Below are positions 5,992-10,060 of a stretch of DNA of 10,060 nucleotides, in pieces. The translations under genes were made by a program, and so were the position numbers. The stretch covers positions 1 through 10,060 of the forward strand of contig CAYXSZ010000095.1 in assembly GCA_964468425.1 (NCBI GenBank). The letters are read 5' to 3'. The notes below the pieces were generated by a model. That model saw only the letters and a program-made list of their open reading frames with translations. It did not search any database and was not told the DNA's origin. Positions within the stretch are counted from its first letter, which is position 1. Every line of letters starts with the position of its first letter. Source of the stretch: Candidatus Woesearchaeota archaeon (GTDB taxonomy: Archaea > Nanobdellota > Nanobdellia > Nanobdellales > Nanobdellaceae).

Positions 5992-7764
5992 ATGCTTAGG
6001 ATAGCGATAATCGATAGAGAGCGTTGCAAGGCGCCCGAGAAATGTGATTATCTTTGTATGAAAGTTTGTCCCGTTCAAAAAAACAATATTAAAATCTTTG
6101 AAATTGGGTCAGATGGAAAGCCCAACATCCTTGAGGAAGCGTGCATCGGATGTGGGCTATGCGTCAAAAAGTGCTCATTCAACGCTATTAAGATTATAAA
6201 TTTAACGAAGGAACCTGAATCCAGACCTGTGTTTCAATATGGTCCAAATGCTTTTAGATTATATCGTCTTCCCTATCCAAAGGAAAATTGTGTTGTTGGT
6301 ATTATCGGAAAAAACGGAATCGGAAAATCTACAGCCATAAAGCTCCTCGCCGGACTTCTCAAGCCAAATTTGGGTTACTTTGATCGGGAAGTCTCTGAAA
6401 GGGAAATTTTAACTTTCTTTAGGGGTTCTGAGCTTCAAAAATACTTCGAGAAGTTGTTTAATGGACAAATAAAGCTAGCTTATAAACCTCAGGATATCTT
6501 TATATTTTTAAAACTCTATGGAGAAAGAACTGTTAGAGAGCTCCTTGAAAAAGTAGACAAAAAAGATTTAGTTAATAATGTTATTGAAACATTTAAGTTA
6601 CAATCTATTTTAGATCGGAAACTTAAAGATCTGTCTGGGGGAGAGCTTCAAAAAGTTGCTATCGCTCTAGTTTCTCTAAAAGAAGCTAATGTTTATTTAT
6701 ACGATGAGCCAACAGCTTTTTTAGATATTTATGAGCGTCTCAACTCTGCACTGTATTTAGACGCTCTTAAAAGTGAAAACACATCTTTGGTTGTTATAGA
6801 TCACGATCTTCTTTTCCTAGACTATCTTTCAGATATTGTACATATAGTTTATGGAGTTCCAAAGGCTTATGGGGTGTTCTCATATCCTATCGGAGCTAGA
6901 GAAGGAATCAATCAATATTTAGAAGGTTTTATCAAAAGAGAAAACTTAAGAATTCGAGATAAACCAATTAAACTAGATATAAAATCATTTGAAGAGAAAA
7001 AATCAGATGACGTTTGTGTTTCTTGGAAAGATTTTACTATAAAGCTTGATGGATTTGAGCTGAGAGCTCATGAGGGTGAAATCAAAAAATACGAAATTAT
7101 TGGAGTGATTGGAAGAAACGGTATAGGTAAAAGTACTTTTGCGAAGGCATTAGCTGGTGTTATAAAAGTAAATTCGTTGCAAAATCAAGTTTCGATTTCG
7201 TACAAGCCACAGTATTTGATTCTAGACGACGAGCTCAAATATTTAAGAGTAAAAGAGTTCCTAAGGAAAATAAATCCAACCTTTAAAACAGAGTTCCAAG
7301 AATATGTTAGCGAGCTTGGAATTTCTGAAATGCTTGAAATTCAGCTTGGAGACTTATCTGGAGGTGATCTACAAACAGTTATGACTTTTGCAACACTTAT
7401 TCAAGATAAAGATCTGTATGTGCTTGATGAACCATTTGCTTTTCTAGATGTTGAGCAAAGGGTAAGAATGTCTAAGTTTATTCGCGAAATTATAAAACAA
7501 AATGAAAAAGCTTGTCTTGTGGTTGAACACGACTTGCTCTTTGTGGATTATATTTCCGATAAGATTATCGTATTTCTCGGAGAGCCTGGGAAATTTGGAG
7601 AAACTCACGGTCCTCTCGAAAACAAAGACGCTTTGAATATATTCTTAAAAAACATTGGAATTACTATTAGGAGAGATCCAGATAGCAAAAGACCGAGAAT
7701 TAACAAACCGGGAAGCTATTTAGATCGCTCTCAACGATCTTCTGGCGAGTTCTATGTTGAATAA
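5992..7764 (+). CDS. abce1: ABCE1 / RNase L inhibitor homologue (Rli1), ribosome-splitting twin-ABC ATPase with N-terminal 2x[4Fe-4S] domain
   Basis: Eight cysteines in two ferredoxin-like motifs (CKAPEKCDYLCMKVCP and CIGCGLCVKKC). Two Walker A motifs (GKNGIGKST, GRNGIGKST). Two ABC signatures (LSGGELQKV, LSGGDLQTV). Two Walker B motifs (YLYDEPTAFLD, YVLDEPFAFLD). The C-terminal RPRINKPGS..D..Q segment is typical of ABCE1, and 590 aa is a typical length. Confidence 0.95.
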   Translation: MLRIAIIDRERCKAPEKCDYLCMKVCPVQKNNIKIFEIGSDGKPNILEEACIGCGLCVKKCSFNAIKIINLTKEPESRPVFQYGPNAFRLYRLPYPKENCVVGIIGKNGIGKSTAIKLLAGLLKPNLGYFDREVSEREILTFFRGSELQKYFEKLFNGQIKLAYKPQDIFIFLKLYGERTVRELLEKVDKKDLVNNVIETFKLQSILDRKLKDLSGGELQKVAIALVSLKEANVYLYDEPTAFLDIYERLNSALYLDALKSENTSLVVIDHDLLFLDYLSDIVHIVYGVPKAYGVFSYPIGAREGINQYLEGFIKRENLRIRDKPIKLDIKSFEEKKSDDVCVSWKDFTIKLDGFELRAHEGEIKKYEIIGVIGRNGIGKSTFAKALAGVIKVNSLQNQVSISYKPQYLILDDELKYLRVKEFLRKINPTFKTEFQEYVSELGISEMLEIQLGDLSGGDLQTVMTFATLIQDKDLYVLDEPFAFLDVEQRVRMSKFIREIIKQNEKACLVVEHDLLFVDYISDKIIVFLGEPGKFGETHGPLENKDALNIFLKNIGITIRRDPDSKRPRINKPGSYLDRSQRSSGEFYVE

Positions 7765-8780
7765 CCCAACAACTTTTTGATTTCTTCTTCTTTTATGTCT
7801 ACAATTATTTTGCTTCCTTCTCTTTTAACCTTCGCATCAATTCCTAATATATTTAAGTTTTCTTTTATTTTTTCAGGATCTTTGCTATCAAAAACCCAAG
7901 AGTATGTTGAAAGAAAGTCACCTATCAAATTAAATTTTTCTATTTTCATTTGAACGGATTCTAGACTGTTTTTTTGAGCTTCAAGAATGTTTAGCAACTT
8001 CCTTTTTTTCTCCTCAAGTAAATACAACTCTTCGTTCTCAAGAAACTTTAAGTAAAACTCTTCGAGAGAATCGTTTACATTTTCAACCCACTTATCTAAA
8101 AAAATCTTAGGACTATTCACAAACTCGCTATATTTTTTCCAAAGTTCTTTAATGATGTTGTTAGGGATTTCTTTAGGACTCTTCTGTTTGAATTCTTTGT
8201 AGGGTTCTAGAAGAAGCTCTGTATACTTTTTTCCTAGCTTTAAGTCTATTGCTAAGGTTCTAGCTAAGTCCCTCTTATCAGAATTTTTTATAATTTTCTC
8301 AAAATCTTCGTACGTTTTTGGGATTTTAAAGTTGCTTGGGGGTGTTTCGTAAACTTCATTTTTATAAATCTTACGAATGCCGAAATCCTTGTATTCCTGA
8401 GCGTATTCTACTTTATTCTCCTTTAGAACTATTATGTTTCCAGGGGGAAATAGTTCAACGACAAGATATTTTTCACTGTCTGATGGTTTCACGACAACGA
8501 CACGTTCCAGATCTAGGATGTCTACTTCTACTCTTTTTCCAGAAAAATCCTTTCTAAGGCGCATTACAAAGCTGTCTGATGGAAATTTAAGCTTGGTTTT
8601 TGATAAAAATACACAAAATCCTGGAATTATGTAAAGGTATTTCTTTTCCAAACCCGGTTTGTAAAGTTCAAGAATAATTCCTCTTTTATAAGTTCTGTGA
8701 ATGGTTTTTATCGTTGCCTGATCTATCTTTGATTTGTTTTCGTTCAACCACTTTAAGAGCTCGTAAATGTTAAGTTGCAT
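7752..8780 (-). CDS. NFACT-N domain protein (Rqc2/NEMF/RqcH, FbpA family, COG1293), half-length form
   Basis: NFACT-N hallmarks: FVMRLRKDFSGKRVEVDILDLERVVVV, VVELFPPGNIIVLKEN, RKIYKNEVYETPP. An HhH-like segment follows (LARTLAIDLKLGKKYTELLL), then one coiled-coil helix (EEKKRKLLNILEAQKNSLESVQMKIEKFNLIGDFL). It ends at 342 aa with no NFACT-R (DUF814) or NFACT-C region. Confidence 0.8.
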   Translation of the reverse strand: MQLNIYELLKWLNENKSKIDQATIKTIHRTYKRGIILELYKPGLEKKYLYIIPGFCVFLSKTKLKFPSDSFVMRLRKDFSGKRVEVDILDLERVVVVKPSDSEKYLVVELFPPGNIIVLKENKVEYAQEYKDFGIRKIYKNEVYETPPSNFKIPKTYEDFEKIIKNSDKRDLARTLAIDLKLGKKYTELLLEPYKEFKQKSPKEIPNNIIKELWKKYSEFVNSPKIFLDKWVENVNDSLEEFYLKFLENEELYLLEEKKRKLLNILEAQKNSLESVQMKIEKFNLIGDFLSTYSWVFDSKDPEKIKENLNILGIDAKVKREGSKIIVDIKEEEIKKLLGYST

Positions 8781-8803
8781 TTTTGTTTTTATCGCTTAAG
8801 TTT

Positions 8804-8813
8804 CTTAATATAT
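8804..8813 (-). promoter_or_regulatory. TATA-like box for the NFACT gene (minus strand)
   Basis: On the minus strand this reads atatattaag, centred about 28-30 nt upstream of ATG (8780). Confidence 0.4.
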
Positions 8814-8861
8814 GATGAAGATTCGGGGCCTTGATCAATGAAGAGCCTCTCTCTCAACTGA
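8812..8861 (+). ncRNA. Candidate C/D box sRNA (2'-O-methylation guide)
   Basis: Layout: C box ATGATGA (8812-8818), 12-nt spacer agattcggggcc, D'-like TTGA (8831-8834), 3-nt loop, C'-like ATGAAGA (8838-8844), 13-nt spacer gcctctctctcaa, D box CTGA (8858-8861). This reproduces the canonical archaeal C-12-D'-loop-C'-12-D layout in 50 nt. D' and C' each deviate by one base. The 3' half is antisense to the last codons of the DHH gene. Confidence 0.4.
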
Positions 8862-9896
8862 AGCCTCTAAAAATTCTATGAACTTTTTCAAATCTTTTTT
8901 CCATAATCCAACCCCAGCTGCTTTTGGATGCCCTCCACCATTAATTCCATGTTCTTTAACAAACTCTTGTACAATCTTTCCGAGATCTATGTAATTCTTC
9001 CTAGACCTGATCGAAGCTTTGCATTTTCTAGGGAAAAGTCTATCTAAAAATCTTTCTTTAATTGGAGAATAAACCATCACAATTTTTTCAGGGTAAAATG
9101 TACTTAGAATGTTAGCTACGATCGAAACATTTTCCTTAACTTCAAAAACTATCAAAATTTCGCTTTCATAAACTACTTTACTTCTTTTTACACACTCTAT
9201 CTGTTTTTTAGCAGTGTTTAATATATTATCTAGCTCTAACCTCTCTATAAATTTTCTTGGATCATCTACTAAAAGATCACCTATTTTTATTAGTTGGGAC
9301 ATGTCTCCAAATGTGAAGAAGAAGAGTGGATAAACTATTATGTAAGTCAGATTATCGTAGTCGTCTGTGTAAACTCCTCTATAAGCTTCTTTAAAGTCTC
9401 GAAGTGTGTCGTTATCGGTCATCCAATCGCACATAGATCCTATCAACGCAAGTAAACTATATCTCTTAAAATCCGTTCCAAAGATGTGTCTTCCAACTTT
9501 ATATACGACTGCAGTAGTACTAGTAACTTCTAAATTCAATGCGCGAATATCAAAATATTTTAGATTTTCTGGAATATCTTTAGGTATTTCTCTTTTATGG
9601 TGATCTATATATAAAATGAGTTTTTCTTTGTTATTTTTTGCAAATCTTATAAGATCATCATCCCTAAAAGGTGTATCTAGAAAAACTATCGTATTATATT
9701 TAGAATTACCTATTATGTTGCTTTCTAACTTATGATAATTTCTAACAGATCTCAGTTTTATCTTGAAATCTTTGTTTAATTTCTTCAGTATTACTTTAAG
9801 AAGAAGTGCTGAGCACACACCATCTGGATCGTTGTCTGCTACGATCAAATAATTGTTGTTCGTTCTTAGAATTTCTGCTATTTTTTCATACACCAT
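8835..9896 (-). CDS. DHH/DHHA1 family phosphoesterase (RecJ/NrnA-like; possible archaeal RecJ/Cdc45-type nuclease)
   Basis: Motifs IVADNDPDGVCSA (DxD...DG), YIDHHKRE (DHH), GSMCDW, and DHHA1 GGGHPKAAG. I trimmed the start to ATG 9896 (MVYEKIAEIL...) because the longer ORF to 10016 runs antisense through the tRNA gene. A TATA-like box lies about 26-30 nt upstream of 9896. Confidence 0.88.
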   Translation of the reverse strand: MVYEKIAEILRTNNNYLIVADNDPDGVCSALLLKVILKKLNKDFKIKLRSVRNYHKLESNIIGNSKYNTIVFLDTPFRDDDLIRFAKNNKEKLILYIDHHKREIPKDIPENLKYFDIRALNLEVTSTTAVVYKVGRHIFGTDFKRYSLLALIGSMCDWMTDNDTLRDFKEAYRGVYTDDYDNLTYIIVYPLFFFTFGDMSQLIKIGDLLVDDPRKFIERLELDNILNTAKKQIECVKRSKVVYESEILIVFEVKENVSIVANILSTFYPEKIVMVYSPIKERFLDRLFPRKCKASIRSRKNYIDLGKIVQEFVKEHGINGGGHPKAAGVGLWKKDLKKFIEFLEASVEREALH

Positions 9897-9900
9897 AAAA

Positions 9901-9912
9901 TTAAAATTTTTT
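9901..9912 (+). promoter_or_regulatory. TATA-like box for tRNA-Leu
   Basis: ttaaaatttttt is preceded by AAAA (BRE-like). It is centred about 25-27 nt upstream of tRNA position +1 (9932). Confidence 0.45.
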
Positions 9913-9919
9913 AAAAGTG

Positions 9920-9929
9920 ATAAATTTAA
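9920..9929 (-). promoter_or_regulatory. TATA-like box for the DHH phosphoesterase gene
   Basis: On the minus strand this reads taaatttatc, centred about 28 nt upstream of ATG 9896. It is too close to the tRNA 5' end (3-12 nt) to serve the tRNA. Confidence 0.45.
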
Positions 9930-9931
9930 TT

Positions 9932-10015
9932 GCGGCGGTGGCCGAGCGGCCAAAGGCGCCGGGCTTAGGACCCGGTGGGTTAGTCCCGTCCGGGGTTCGA
10001 ATCCCCGCCGCCGCA
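9932..10015 (+). tRNA. tRNA-Leu (anticodon UAG), class II with long variable arm; CCA not encoded
   Basis: Hand-folded cloverleaf: acceptor GCGGCGG/CCGCCGC, D-arm GCC-GAGCGGCCAAA-GGC, anticodon stem CCGGG/CCCGG with loop CUUAGGA (U33, UAG, G37), 15-nt variable arm UGGGUUAGUCCCGUC, T-arm CGGGG-UUCGAAU-CCCCG, discriminator A73. All stems are G:C. It is followed by CTTTTT. Confidence 0.95.
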
Positions 10016-10016
10016 C

Positions 10017-10021
10017 TTTTT
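10017..10021 (+). terminator. Oligo-T terminator after tRNA-Leu
   Basis: A T5 run starts 2 nt after the discriminator base. Confidence 0.5.
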
Positions 10022-10060
10022 CTTGTCGTTCCTTGTCGTTAACGAGCTGTCGTTTTGTCG
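10022..10060. repeat. Cluster of TGTCG(TT) short direct repeats, truncated by window end
   Basis: TGTCG occurs at 10024, 10034, 10048 and 10056. The first two copies are the 9-mer CTTGTCGTT, 10 bp apart. A CGTTAACG palindrome lies at 10037-10044. Confidence 0.5.

Noticed and set aside
7424-7430. TTGATGA C-box-like heptamer in ABCE1, and ATGATGA on the minus strand at 9655-9661 in the DHH gene
   Set aside because: Both encode conserved Asp/Glu codons (VLDEP Walker B; RDDDL). Neither has D', C' or D boxes at the required 12-nt spacing.
8336-8634. Two overlapping + strand ORFs (73 and 66 aa) opposite the NFACT gene
   Set aside because: They are antisense to the best-conserved part of the NFACT-N domain. 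Their composition is odd and they have no start context.
9406-9603. 65-aa + strand ORF opposite the DHH gene
   Set aside because: It is antisense to the DHH core, including the DHH motif region, and has no independent support.
9897-10016. N-terminal 40 aa of the 393-aa minus-strand ORF (MRRRGFEPRTGLTHRVLSPAPLAARPPPQL...)
   Set aside because: This segment is the antisense translation of the G+C-rich tRNA-Leu gene plus the A/T promoter spacer. It begins at a GTG and its Arg/Pro/Gly-rich composition is unlike the rest of the protein. The DHH domain begins cleanly at ATG 9896, which has its own TATA-like box.
1-10060. Searched for CRISPR arrays, transposase or integrase genes, terminal inverted repeats, defence-system gene sets and long tandem repeats
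   Set aside because: None was found. Coding density is very high, and all ORFs over 200 aa have housekeeping identities apart from one membrane protein. The only repeats are the ORB-like pair and the short TGTCGTT cluster at the right edge.

Overview
This looks like a compact, AT-rich archaeal chromosomal segment, roughly mid-30s % GC by eye. It is dominated by housekeeping information-processing genes, and I see no defence island, mobile element or CRISPR array. Left to right on the + strand: a non-coding region that looks like a replication origin (two inverted ORB-like repeats around a nearly pure A/T stretch), orc1/cdc6 overlapping the PolD small subunit DP1 (ATGA overlap), RNA polymerase subunit L overlapping a PIN + PilT-like ATPase + KH protein (ATGA overlap), a multi-pass membrane protein of unknown function, and ABCE1/Rli1. 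On the - strand: a half-length NFACT-N (Rqc2/RqcH-family) protein whose 3' end overlaps ABCE1 by 13 nt, and a DHH/DHHA1 (RecJ/NrnA-like) phosphoesterase. A tRNA-Leu(UAG) with all-G:C stems sits at the right edge on the + strand. Intergenic spacers are 30-54 bp, and each transcription-unit start codon has an A/T-rich TATA-like box about 25-30 nt upstream. That pattern suggests mostly leaderless mRNAs in a reduced, probably thermophilic genome with PolD (DPANN/Nanoarchaeota-like or a small euryarchaeon); the lineage cannot be fixed from this window. The points most worth a second look are the putative oriC, a well-proportioned candidate C/D box sRNA hidden at the DHH/NFACT junction, the truncated or split NFACT gene next to ABCE1, a His-to-Gln change in phosphoesterase motif I of DP1, the interleaved 35-bp divergent promoter in front of the tRNA (possibly a leaderless tRNA), and a TGTCGTT repeat cluster cut by the window end. 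All functional calls come from motif recognition by eye; no database search was possible.
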